Virus record (IMG/VR): IMGVR_UViG_3300037067_020960
DNA: 64,000 nucleotides
Reading direction: 5' to 3' (one strand)
Source of the DNA: an uncultured virus (IMG/VR IMGVR_UViG_3300037067_020960)
Taxonomy: Duplodnaviria > Heunggongvirae > Uroviricota > Caudoviricetes
Position numbers and translations under genes: made by a program. Shown piece by piece: positions 19,226 to 28,319 of this stretch. Position 1 is the stretch's first letter, and each line of letters starts with the position of its first letter. The notes beneath the pieces were generated by a model, which had not been told where the DNA came from, made no database searches, and saw only the letters and a list, made by a program, of their open reading frames with translations.

Positions 19226-19854
19226 TTCTTTTTCCTTTTCTTCTTTTTCTCTTTGATTACTGGTATTTTCGTTTGCCCTTCTGATTTAATTTCTTCGGGG
19301 ATTTCTATTTCTAATACGCCTTCTTGTTTTTTTGGTTGATTTACATTATTTATTGTTACAGATGAAATTCTTTTATTTCTATCACCTTTTTCAGAAATAA
19401 ATAAACTATTTCTAGAAGGTGGCACCCCATGAAATCTAATCCAAATTTCTCGATTATTTTCTGTTTCAATTTTTATTCCATAGAAACCACCAAGACGATT
19501 GTAAAATGGAACTAAATCTTTTATTTTATATCCTTTAATAGTTTCAATATCTTTTTTTAAGAAAGAAGTTCTCATTTTTCTTTGTAAATTTATTTGAAAT
19601 CTACTATAAAATTCATCATCTTTTAAAAATTCTTCTTCTTTTAATAGACAAATCAATTCCTGAATCTCTGATTCATTTTCAAAAAATAATCTCATTTTAT
19701 TTATAAAATTGTTTATAGGGAATTCACCAAAATTAGCAATCATATTCTCTCTTAATTCATCTATTTCAAATTGATACATTTTTGAACTTTGATATATTTC
19801 ATTAATAGTGATATTTACATCTTTAATTAATTGATAGCCAAATATAAAATTCAT
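19222..19854 (-). CDS. Hypothetical protein with a basic tail
   Basis: 210 aa; AAGGAG RBS. Confidence 0.7.
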   Translation of the reverse strand: MNFIFGYQLIKDVNITINEIYQSSKMYQFEIDELRENMIANFGEFPINNFINKMRLFFENESEIQELICLLKEEEFLKDDEFYSRFQINLQRKMRTSFLKKDIETIKGYKIKDLVPFYNRLGGFYGIKIETENNREIWIRFHGVPPSRNSLFISEKGDRNKRISSVTINNVNQPKKQEGVLEIEIPEEIKSEGQTKIPVIKEKKKKRKKK

Positions 19855-19873
19855 TTTTTCTCCTTTTAAAATA

Positions 19874-19907
19874 AAAATAGCATCTGGAAAATTCCAGATG
19901 CTATTTT
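19874..19907. terminator. Intrinsic terminator-like hairpin, possibly bidirectional
   Basis: AAAATAGCATCTGGAA / TTCCAGATGCTATTTT with T-tracts on both strands. Confidence 0.75.
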
Positions 19908-20039
19908 ATTGGGTGAGCGATATCATTCGATTAGATTTATTAATAGCATATCGCTCTATATTAAAAACAGACTCCTGTAAAAGAGTCTGGGTGAAAAGAA
20001 CTAATAAAATATTACATGGTAATTTCATAAATTTTAAAA

Positions 20040-20429
20040 TCAAAATTCGTAATCTACTAGACTAATCTTCAATCCGTAAGCATATTTATGTTTTGTTTCA
20101 GTTCTTACATCATATCCGACCCAAAATCCTGGTTCTAAAGTGATCCATTTTTTTTCAACATTTAATGCTTTTTTTAAATTAAAATTAAACATTTGTGATG
20201 TATCTAAACTAATTGCCGCTATATAATAACTTTTTTCCCCATTTTCCAAAGCCATTAGATAACCAATATCTCCTATAAACCATTTAGTAAAATTGGGCAA
20301 TTCATAAGTAACACCTGTATAAAAATTTCCATAATTACTGATGTAAAAACCAGTTTTAGCAGCACCATATTTATTTTCAGCATAAGCGTAATTAACTACT
20401 AATAAAAATATTAATATTATTTTTTTCAT
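20040..20429 (-). CDS. Secreted, probably outer-membrane beta-barrel-like protein
   Basis: Likely start 20429 (ATGA overlap); signal peptide MKKIILIFLLVVNYAYA|; aromatic/Gly beta-strands; C-terminal Phe. Confidence 0.55.
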   Translation of the reverse strand: MKKIILIFLLVVNYAYAENKYGAAKTGFYISNYGNFYTGVTYELPNFTKWFIGDIGYLMALENGEKSYYIAAISLDTSQMFNFNLKKALNVEKKWITLEPGFWVGYDVRTETKHKYAYGLKISLVDYEF

Positions 20430-21478
20430 GAGTGAAATAGTTCCGCTAAATCCCATTCAATATATAACCCAGATTCAGTAAAGAAATTTCTCAAAAATTT
20501 GAGGACTTTATTTCTAGATAAATTAAAAAATTCACAAGCCCATTTTAAATTAATCGGATCAATAGTTTTTGAAACTATTCTTTTTATTTCTCCATTTTTT
20601 AATTTGAATTCCTGATTACGAATTTTATTTTCGATGAATTCAATATATTCCTTAGGTTGTTCTATAAGAGTTTTCCAAATTTGAAATCCAATATCTTCAT
20701 TGAATTTTTTTCTTATTTCATCAGTCATGTGAAATTTAAATTTATGATGACAAATTTCATATGATTCATTTGTTTGAGATTTTCCATCTGTTTCGAAAAA
20801 TCTATCAGCAAGATATTCATCGTTAACTTTTGCCAATTTTTCATATTCATCATTAACTTTCACAGATTTTTCGCTGCATTGTGATAAATTATGATGATCA
20901 TCTAAATCATGTAACATATGAGAAGTATAAGTAGTTTTCCCCAAACCACCCTTGCGTTTTTGAGTTGACCAAAAAGCTCTAATGTGTTTGATCTTATTAG
21001 TAGCAACCATTTTAGCCCATTGGCGAGTATCAATTCTTTTTGTTCCATCTGCTTTTATAATAAAATCTCCATTTTCATCTCTTTTATAAATAATATCGCG
21101 AGGAGTAAACTTTCCTTGGATAAATCTTTTGATTATATGTTGACGAGCTTGAGATTTATGATCTTCCAAATCTTCAAAAACATTATTTATAAGAGCATAT
21201 TCTAATTGACTTTTTATAGTTTTAGTAATAAAATAATCAATCTCTATTAAATCTTGCATTAATTCTTCTAGAGTAACATTAACTGTAAGAGTTGGTCTTC
21301 GAGATATTTTGGGGATTCTAGCAATTTTAGGGATGCGTATAATTAATGGAAGTGTTTCACGCTTTATAATTTCAGCAGGATTAAGATTAATCTGATTGCA
21401 GATTTCAATTTTATAAAAATATTCAAGTTTGTCATTTAACGTACCATTTGCAACTGGACGGCAATCCTGTAAAATCAT
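20426..21478 (-). CDS. Hypothetical protein, possibly a divergent sigma-like transcription factor
   Basis: 350 aa; C-terminal HTH-like LKWACEFFNLSRNKV; region-2-like helices. Confidence 0.4.
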   Translation of the reverse strand: MILQDCRPVANGTLNDKLEYFYKIEICNQINLNPAEIIKRETLPLIIRIPKIARIPKISRRPTLTVNVTLEELMQDLIEIDYFITKTIKSQLEYALINNVFEDLEDHKSQARQHIIKRFIQGKFTPRDIIYKRDENGDFIIKADGTKRIDTRQWAKMVATNKIKHIRAFWSTQKRKGGLGKTTYTSHMLHDLDDHHNLSQCSEKSVKVNDEYEKLAKVNDEYLADRFFETDGKSQTNESYEICHHKFKFHMTDEIRKKFNEDIGFQIWKTLIEQPKEYIEFIENKIRNQEFKLKNGEIKRIVSKTIDPINLKWACEFFNLSRNKVLKFLRNFFTESGLYIEWDLAELFHS

Positions 21479-21490
21479 AAGACCCCCTTT

Positions 21491-22270
21491 TTAAATTTTG
21501 CGTATGTACCCCAAACACTTTTTACATTCCCCTAAATCAGTTCTATTTTTAATCACAAGCATATTTAATATTTTAACACTTTGTAAATGAGAAATTATTC
21601 TATCTATACCTATCTCAAATAGATTTCCCAAATTAACAAAACTTTTCTTGAAATCGGAAAGAATTCTAAATTCTGGGCAAAGAATTACCGTTCCATCTCC
21701 CATTATAGTTATCGATTCATTGCTGTAATGATTGCAATCGAAGTTTTGGCTGTCACTAAAATACGTATCTTTATCTGTTATCACATTTATATCCTTGTTT
21801 TCGAGATCTGATAATTTATTAAAGAGAAAACTGGATTCTTCTGAATTGAAAGATTTTTTCTTTGAAATCGTGATAAATAAATATATTGGATTTTCTTTAA
21901 CATTAAAATTTAAATCCTCTAAATTTTCTACGATTAAAAAATAATAATAACTTATACCGTATTGAATTAATTGTGTAAAGAAAAATCTTTCAAAATTTAA
22001 AACTTTTTTTAAATCGAATTCTAATGTGATATTTTTATTAAGCCTGTCTAGGTATTTTTCTATTTTGTTATCAACTCGGATTCTAAATTTTTTATTATAT
22101 TTTTCTGAATAAATAATGATTTGTTCTAATATTTCATCAACATTATTCAATGTAAATAATTCATCTGAGATAATATATAATTCGGAAGAAATAGTTTCTA
22201 TAATACTTTTGAGATTTTTTACAGAAAGAAGATTCTGTTGATCAAAAATAATATACGCTAACTTAAACAT
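21491..22270 (-). CDS. SPASM-domain protein (degenerate radical SAM without CxxxCxxC)
   Basis: C...ITIMGDGTVILCP...LGNL...CKKCLG; no N-terminal CxxxCxxC. Confidence 0.55.
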   Translation of the reverse strand: MFKLAYIIFDQQNLLSVKNLKSIIETISSELYIISDELFTLNNVDEILEQIIIYSEKYNKKFRIRVDNKIEKYLDRLNKNITLEFDLKKVLNFERFFFTQLIQYGISYYYFLIVENLEDLNFNVKENPIYLFITISKKKSFNSEESSFLFNKLSDLENKDINVITDKDTYFSDSQNFDCNHYSNESITIMGDGTVILCPEFRILSDFKKSFVNLGNLFEIGIDRIISHLQSVKILNMLVIKNRTDLGECKKCLGYIRKI

Positions 22271-22308
22271 GATTAAAGTATACCGCTTTTGCGAAACAGA
22301 GATAGTTT

Positions 22309-23481
22309 TTATTTTAGGCGAAGAGCATCTTTAATTAATTGCAAAACAATTTCATCAATATTATTTTCTGTAAAATTTTCTGTAAAATTTTCAGCAATTT
22401 TCGCATGTTTTACTTGACTTTCCCTAATAATGTCAGCAAGCGTATCAAATTCACCAGTAGTTTGAAGAATTTTTCTAATTTTTATAGGAAGTGCCTTTAG
22501 ATGATTAAATATAGCTTGACGAGTAACACCAAATTGAACTGCTAAATCTGTTGCTTTTGGCAATATGCCTTCTACTAAAACTTTATTTAAATAAAATTTT
22601 TGAATTTCAGATAAATTACCTTTATTTGAAACTAATTCAAGCAATTTTGATTTAAAATCAACAAATGTAACAGAATTTATTCCATAAGAAGGTGAAACAT
22701 TTTTTGTAAACAAATTTTCTAACATAACATCTCTTGAACCTTCATCTCCTTCTTGAGATACAGGATCAACAAATTTTGTTAAAATTAATTGTCTTCTTGT
22801 TCGATCCTTTTTTATTGCTTGTTGATGTTTTTCTTCCCATTGAGATTTCCATTCAGCCAATTCTGACGCATTTGGAGGTCTTTTGAATTTCTTATAAATT
22901 TCATCTTCCCATTGTCTAAATTCTTTATTTTTTTTCCATTGTCTAATATCTTCATTATCCATAAATCTTGTTTTTAAAGTATAAATAATTCCTTTTTTAA
23001 TTTCATTAGTCAATATAGGAAAAAATCTCCCTTTCATAGGATTATACCAATTTTTAAAAATTTTAAAAAGACCATTCAATAAAATTCCAATAGCTTCATC
23101 AATCCATATTGGACTTAATCTCATCTTATTTTTTACCATCATTGCCACATAATTATATAATCCACCAAAATTCATAAGTTTTTGATAATCTTCTTTCATC
23201 ATTTTTATTGCAGCAAATTCTTTTTCCATATCTTCATTTAAATAATACTGAGTTATATCAGTAATTTTTGCATCACGAAGATTTGTGATCAATTTTTCTT
23301 TGCGAATTTTTTTGGGGATATACAGATCATTTTGTTGCAATTGAATCCAAGAAGGTAAAATTATTTCGAAAATACCATCAGTATATTCTTTACTACGTTG
23401 CGTTGAAAGAAATTCTGCTTTCTTTTGAAAACAATAATCAATAAAACAATTCACTTTTTTTAATAATTGAAAATCATTCAT
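22309..23481 (-). CDS. Putative phage sigma-factor-like protein
   Basis: GLFKIFKNWYNPMKGRFFPIL (region 2-like); KRPPNASELAEW (region 3-like); ATDLAVQFGVTRQAIFNHL (region 4 HTH). Confidence 0.6.
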   Translation of the reverse strand: MNDFQLLKKVNCFIDYCFQKKAEFLSTQRSKEYTDGIFEIILPSWIQLQQNDLYIPKKIRKEKLITNLRDAKITDITQYYLNEDMEKEFAAIKMMKEDYQKLMNFGGLYNYVAMMVKNKMRLSPIWIDEAIGILLNGLFKIFKNWYNPMKGRFFPILTNEIKKGIIYTLKTRFMDNEDIRQWKKNKEFRQWEDEIYKKFKRPPNASELAEWKSQWEEKHQQAIKKDRTRRQLILTKFVDPVSQEGDEGSRDVMLENLFTKNVSPSYGINSVTFVDFKSKLLELVSNKGNLSEIQKFYLNKVLVEGILPKATDLAVQFGVTRQAIFNHLKALPIKIRKILQTTGEFDTLADIIRESQVKHAKIAENFTENFTENNIDEIVLQLIKDALRLK

Positions 23482-23490
23482 GAATAAATT

Positions 23491-24237
23491 TTAAATCATT
23501 TTTTTATAACGACAATAGGCTATGCAAATTGCATCAGCAATATCTGAGGAAATTCCTGTGAGAGAATAAATATCTGTACAAATTTTTGATAAATTTTTGT
23601 CACATTTTTTTTCTAATTCATTAAATTCTTTTTTGCATTGTATTATTTTCTTATCATTTTCAATAAGTTCTTTTTTTGTTTTTATTTTTTCTTCTTCAGA
23701 AATAGGATTTCTTTTACGATCAATATCCCTTTTGAAATTCATAGAAACGATTTTCAATTGAGCTAACTCTTCTTTCTTCTTTTCCACGATAACATGTTCG
23801 GCATTTACAAAATTTTCCAATTGAGTTAGTTTATCCGAATCTAATTTTTTGAAGAACCTTGCAACTTCCAATTGAATTTTCCATTTTGGAGCACTACCTT
23901 TTATTTCAGGAAGTGAATTGGCTTTCCACAAAGAAGGTTCATATAATTCTATTCTTTCTTGTACCCTTTTATATGATTCAAATATATAGATTGCTCCAAT
24001 ACGAGAAAGAAGTTTTATTACACTAATCCCAGATATCGCAAGGATTGTATCTTCAATAGCAATATGATCAGGTTTTACACGATCAAGAACTAATTGAATT
24101 TGGTTTGAAACAAAATTTAATTTTTGAGGCAAATCCATTTTTATAGCAGCAGAAATAACACCAAATTCTTTTAATTCCCCATCTTCTATAACCCCCCAGC
24201 CAGTGACAGTTGCCGGATCTATGCCTAATATTCTCAT
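23491..24237 (-). CDS. ruvC: RuvC-like Holliday junction resolvase with a coiled-coil insertion
   Basis: ILGIDPA..TGWGV, IAIED, PS.WK, DIADAICIA. Confidence 0.85.
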   Translation of the reverse strand: MRILGIDPATVTGWGVIEDGELKEFGVISAAIKMDLPQKLNFVSNQIQLVLDRVKPDHIAIEDTILAISGISVIKLLSRIGAIYIFESYKRVQERIELYEPSLWKANSLPEIKGSAPKWKIQLEVARFFKKLDSDKLTQLENFVNAEHVIVEKKKEELAQLKIVSMNFKRDIDRKRNPISEEEKIKTKKELIENDKKIIQCKKEFNELEKKCDKNLSKICTDIYSLTGISSDIADAICIAYCRYKKMI

Positions 24238-24578
24238 TAATTTCTCCTTAATTTATTATATTCACCCCAAAAATTATCCATAGAACCATTCAAATTATGA
24301 TGCATCATATAAAATGCTGTATCTGAAATCAAATTTAAATTCCAAAATTTATGAATTGCTGTACGATATGTTATATAATCAACAATCCACATTTGATTTG
24401 AAAAATATACTTCCGATAATTTATCTTCTGTTTCACATAAAAAATTTAGTGTGTCTAAAATTTCTTCTGAATAACAAAATAATTTCTCAGAATTTTCGTG
24501 TCTTAAAAGGTCAGTAAAACTTGTTTGCAAATGATTAATCAATTCAGTTGACATCATCAATTTTCTCCTTCTTAACAT
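24237..24578 (-). CDS. Hypothetical protein
   Basis: 113 aa; start may be the internal MM after AGGAG; TAATG-coupled to ruvC. Confidence 0.65.
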   Translation of the reverse strand: MLRRRKLMMSTELINHLQTSFTDLLRHENSEKLFCYSEEILDTLNFLCETEDKLSEVYFSNQMWIVDYITYRTAIHKFWNLNLISDTAFYMMHHNLNGSMDNFWGEYNKLRRN

Positions 24579-24756
24579 GATTTTAGAATTTAATTTCTAC
24601 ATACCGTAAATTTTTGAAAATCACTTAAAAATTTTTGATTATCAGTTTTTCTCTTATGATTTTCACTTTTTTACTAATAATCTATTTTAGTTATTAATTC
24701 TTCAAAAGAGGAGGCTTTTTAATGAATTTTAATTCAAAAGGCGGTATAAATATAAA

Positions 24757-25413
24757 ATGAATGAAACATGGGAAGAAATCCTAGGGAAAGAATTCGAAAA
24801 GGAATACTATCTAAAATTGAAGAAATTTATTTTAGATGAATATGCTTCGAAGACTATTTATCCTTCAAAAGAAAATGTATTCAATGCATTCAATTTTTGT
24901 CCTTTTGAAAATTTAAAAGTTGTTATTATAGGGCAAGATCCATATCACACTCCTGGATATGCTCATGGATTATGTTTTTCTGTAAATCGTGGGATAGATA
25001 TTCCGATGAGCCTTCAAAATATTTACAAAGAATTAAAATCTGACATCGGAATGCAAATCCCCAATCATGGTTGTTTAGAATCTTGGGCTGAACAAGGAGT
25101 GCTTCTGTTAAATTCGGTATTAACAGTCGAACAAGGTAAAGCAGGTTCTCACGCAGGTAAAGGATGGGAAACATTTACGAATATTATAGTAAAAACAATT
25201 AGTGATTTGAAAGAAGGAATTGTATTTCTATTATGGGGGAAATATGCCCAGGAAAAAGGACTATTGATTAATCAAAACAGAAAACACAAAGAATTAAATG
25301 AAAGGATTCATAGATGCGTTGAATGCGGTTACGAAGTAGACCGAGATTTGAACGCAGCTATAAATATTTTGAGATTGGGAACACAATCTCTGAAGCCATC
25401 AGCCTTGTGCTGA
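24757..25413 (+). pseudogene. ung: Family-1 uracil-DNA glycosylase, 3'-truncated and fused in frame to a TnpB C-terminal fragment
   Basis: GQDPYH, GVLLLN, FLLWG present; HPSPLS motif absent, replaced after NRKH by KELNERIHRCVECGYEVDRDLNAAINIL. Confidence 0.85.
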
Positions 25414-25425
25414 TGGAGTGTTCAC
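25288..25425 (+). mobile_element. tnpB: IS200/IS605-family remnant: tnpB 3' end plus right end
   Basis: CxxCG...DRDLNAAINI; hairpin GAAG-CCATCAGC-cttgt-GCTGATGG-AGTG-TTCAC. Confidence 0.85.
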
Positions 25426-26327
25426 AGAGATCTCTTTACTTGAACTGGTTTTTCTTTTAATAAATTAATTCCTAAATTTTCATCTAACCAACTATTATAT
25501 TTAATATCTTCATTTATTTCAAAGCCTTTTTGTTCAGAAAATTTTTTGTTCACTTGAATTTCTATATTATCCATAATATCGCCCAAATTGAGTCTATCAA
25601 ATTTCTGATCAGAAACCACAGTAATAATCACACCTTTTGGAGTTGTTCCGGTAACTTTAATTGAAATAATATTTTTGTTATCAAATTTTTCTAATTTTAT
25701 ATCATCGAAATTTTTTGTAAGATTTTGAATTACTTCATGTTTTTTTTCAAAATCTTTTAAATCAATATCAACTTTCATATCACGTTCCAACCATTTTTTG
25801 CGATTTAATTTATTTTTAAAAAGCCATTCCTCAAATGCTTCGTCAAAATTTAATTCTCCTGATTCTGGTAATTCGTTTTTATCATCAAGGCTTTCATCAG
25901 AAGCTGGTTGATCTTTAGATTGATTCATTATATCTTCAACTTCTTGAATAATACTAAGTGTGTCAAAATAATTTTCAAGATTTTTTAGATAATCTTTTGT
26001 ATCTAATTTCGTATTACCTTGAGCATATAATTCAATATAAATCGGTATTTCCAATTCATATTCGAAAATTTGGTTCTTGAATAATACTTCTGATATGCTG
26101 GAAATTTTTTCATTGAAAACTACTTCAAGATATTCTTTGTATTTTTTATGATTTCTGCTTGGAACATAATCAAGAGTACTCAAATAAAATTCTTTGACAT
26201 TAGGATATTCATAATCCATAATTTCGTCAAAATTTCCTCTTCCCCAAACCTCTAGGACGCTCAACGCTTTTCGCTGATCAAATTTTGCATATTTTTTTAT
26301 TTTTTCTGAAAGTTTTCTTATATTCAT
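25422..26327 (-). CDS. Hypothetical protein with the shared leader
   Basis: Likely start 26327, MNIRKLSEKIKKYA; its stop codon lies inside the IS right end. Confidence 0.7.
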   Translation of the reverse strand: MNIRKLSEKIKKYAKFDQRKALSVLEVWGRGNFDEIMDYEYPNVKEFYLSTLDYVPSRNHKKYKEYLEVVFNEKISSISEVLFKNQIFEYELEIPIYIELYAQGNTKLDTKDYLKNLENYFDTLSIIQEVEDIMNQSKDQPASDESLDDKNELPESGELNFDEAFEEWLFKNKLNRKKWLERDMKVDIDLKDFEKKHEVIQNLTKNFDDIKLEKFDNKNIISIKVTGTTPKGVIITVVSDQKFDRLNLGDIMDNIEIQVNKKFSEQKGFEINEDIKYNSWLDENLGINLLKEKPVQVKRSL

Positions 26328-26334
26328 TTTTATC

Positions 26335-26685
26335 TCACTTTTTAAAATACCATTTGCCTTCATGCTTCTTCAAGAAATCCACTAATTGACTTTCCGAAGA
26401 TGTATATGATTGAGATACAGAAATTTTTCTTAATGACAAAAGTTTGACTGGTTCTATATCTTTCAAAATTGTATTCAGAAATTCTTTTTCATTTTTGCAT
26501 TCATCTGGAGAAAGAATAATATCAAACCAATCTTGTGCCGCAGTTTCAAAACTAAGAATCACATTAAATTGACGATTCTTGGTTCCTGGAACAAATCCTG
26601 TACTTTCTTCATCAGCTTTTTTAGTAAAAATGGGATGGATTACACAAGCATTTTTAATTAATTGTGATATTTTTCTTATATTCAT
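26335..26685 (-). CDS. Hypothetical protein with the shared leader
   Basis: Likely start 26685 (ATGA overlap with the caspase stop), MNIRKISQLIKNA. Confidence 0.7.
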   Translation of the reverse strand: MNIRKISQLIKNACVIHPIFTKKADEESTGFVPGTKNRQFNVILSFETAAQDWFDIILSPDECKNEKEFLNTILKDIEPVKLLSLRKISVSQSYTSSESQLVDFLKKHEGKWYFKK

Positions 26686-27671
26686 AATAAAAATTTCCTT
26701 TGTTTCCATTGATCTTGACACTCAAGCTGAGGATTCTGTTCATATCCCATTTTATCTGCAAGTTTATTGATCTTTGTAATGAGATCAAGATAAGTAATAT
26801 TGTAATTATTTTCTTGAAGTGTTCTCAATAATGCATAAGTGAAAAATCCCTGAGATTTACCATCAATATAAGCATCAGCACTTGTTTCAGTTGATTTACA
26901 ACCAGAGAGTAAAATTCCATTTCTTCTATTAAAATCTTCCCCTTTAGTAGGAGCTGTCTGATTTGCAGTTAATTCAGCCATGGCAGCATCATTAGCATAA
27001 ATTGAATTCTTCAATTTTTTGAGTTCTTTTTCAATGCGAGCACGTGCCTTATAATTTTTAGTCTTTTCCAATTGAGCTTCTAATTCTGCTTGTTTTGCAA
27101 TCAAATCTGATTCTTTGATAACATTTTTTGTCAATATTACCTTAGCTCGATTCTTGAATTTCTCAATGTTTTCCAAAATTTTTGCAGGAGGTTTAATAAA
27201 TTTGGGCAACCTGAGAGCTTTATCTTGAGGAGTTAAAAATCCTCTCAATAAAGATCCAGAATGACATGAATCAGAAATAATAACCAATTGAACAGTTGTA
27301 GGAACTTTTGAAAATAATGAATAAAGATAATCATCGCTGATGTAATTACCATCCCATGTTAAATCTGTCGGGCAAGTTATCTCATCTAACTTATCGATTT
27401 CATCTCCATTCATATCGGGGATTTGAGAACCATGACTTGAGTTATGAAATACAATAGTATCATTACCAGTTGCTCCGGTGATTAATTTCAAAAGATTGTC
27501 TTTAATATTTTTTGTAGTTGCTTCTCTATCTTTTAAAATAACAACATCATGAAATCCAAATTGCGTCATTAACACTTTGCTCATGTTGTCAACATCGTTT
27601 ACACATCCTCGCAAATCAGATCCTGGTATAGAATAATGATTAATTCCTACTAATAAGGCACGTTTAGTCAT
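26682..27671 (-). CDS. Caspase-family (C14, metacaspase-like) protease
   Basis: ALLVGINHY...LRGCVND; SSHGS; SDSCHSG (His-Cys dyad); SGCK..ETSAD; G.FT; QNPQL. Confidence 0.92.
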   Translation of the reverse strand: MTKRALLVGINHYSIPGSDLRGCVNDVDNMSKVLMTQFGFHDVVILKDREATTKNIKDNLLKLITGATGNDTIVFHNSSHGSQIPDMNGDEIDKLDEITCPTDLTWDGNYISDDYLYSLFSKVPTTVQLVIISDSCHSGSLLRGFLTPQDKALRLPKFIKPPAKILENIEKFKNRAKVILTKNVIKESDLIAKQAELEAQLEKTKNYKARARIEKELKKLKNSIYANDAAMAELTANQTAPTKGEDFNRRNGILLSGCKSTETSADAYIDGKSQGFFTYALLRTLQENNYNITYLDLITKINKLADKMGYEQNPQLECQDQWKQRKFLL

Positions 27672-27692
27672 AAAAACTCCTCCAACAAGAAA

Positions 27693-28259
27693 TTATTTAA
27701 CATCAATATCTATGTCAAGATTTTTTGTCTTTAATTCTTCAGCAATTTTTGACAAAGTTGAACTAATTTTTCTTTGTTCAAGACTTGCTGTTCTTCTGTC
27801 AATTTTTCTTTGAAGAAGAGCTGTTTTAATTTCTTCTTGACGATCACCAAGTAAGTCAATTTTATCAGCAGCTTGAAGAAGGATTCTTTTTTCTGTTGGA
27901 GAAAAAGATCTTTTACTGCTTTCTAAATCGAATAATTCATCTTCAAAAGATTCTTCTTCATTTGGAAAATCAGACAATTCTTCCATATTTCCAAGATTTT
28001 CGGCATCAAAATCATCATCGTAAATTTCGTCTCCAATTTCGTCCATATCTCCAAGTTCAACATCGAAATCTGTGCCTTCAATAGTTTTTGCAACTTTTAA
28101 AGCAGCATCTTTTACTTTTTTAAATTCAACTGCTGCTCTTTTGTTAGATATTTTACCTTTTTGAAGAAATAATTTTACTTTATCTTCATAATTAGCAATT
28201 TTATCTAATTTTTCGGCTATTTTTTGTAAGCCAATTTTTTGACTTGCTGTAAGTTTCAT
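27693..28259 (-). CDS. Helical protein with an internal duplication and many KIA motifs (scaffold/head-protein-like)
   Basis: Two similar halves (LQKGKISNKRAAVEFKKV / LQRKIDRRTASLEQRKI) separated by an acidic linker; AGGAGG RBS. Confidence 0.6.
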   Translation of the reverse strand: MKLTASQKIGLQKIAEKLDKIANYEDKVKLFLQKGKISNKRAAVEFKKVKDAALKVAKTIEGTDFDVELGDMDEIGDEIYDDDFDAENLGNMEELSDFPNEEESFEDELFDLESSKRSFSPTEKRILLQAADKIDLLGDRQEEIKTALLQRKIDRRTASLEQRKISSTLSKIAEELKTKNLDIDIDVK

Positions 28260-28319
28260 TTCTAAACCTCCTATGAAAAATTTATTTTTTAAAATTAATT
28301 TTAATCTTACATTAAAATC

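Noticed and set aside
22365..22392. 12-bp tandem duplication (ENFTENFTEN) at the end of the sigma-like gene
   Set aside because: Short in-frame slippage repeat with no evidence of function
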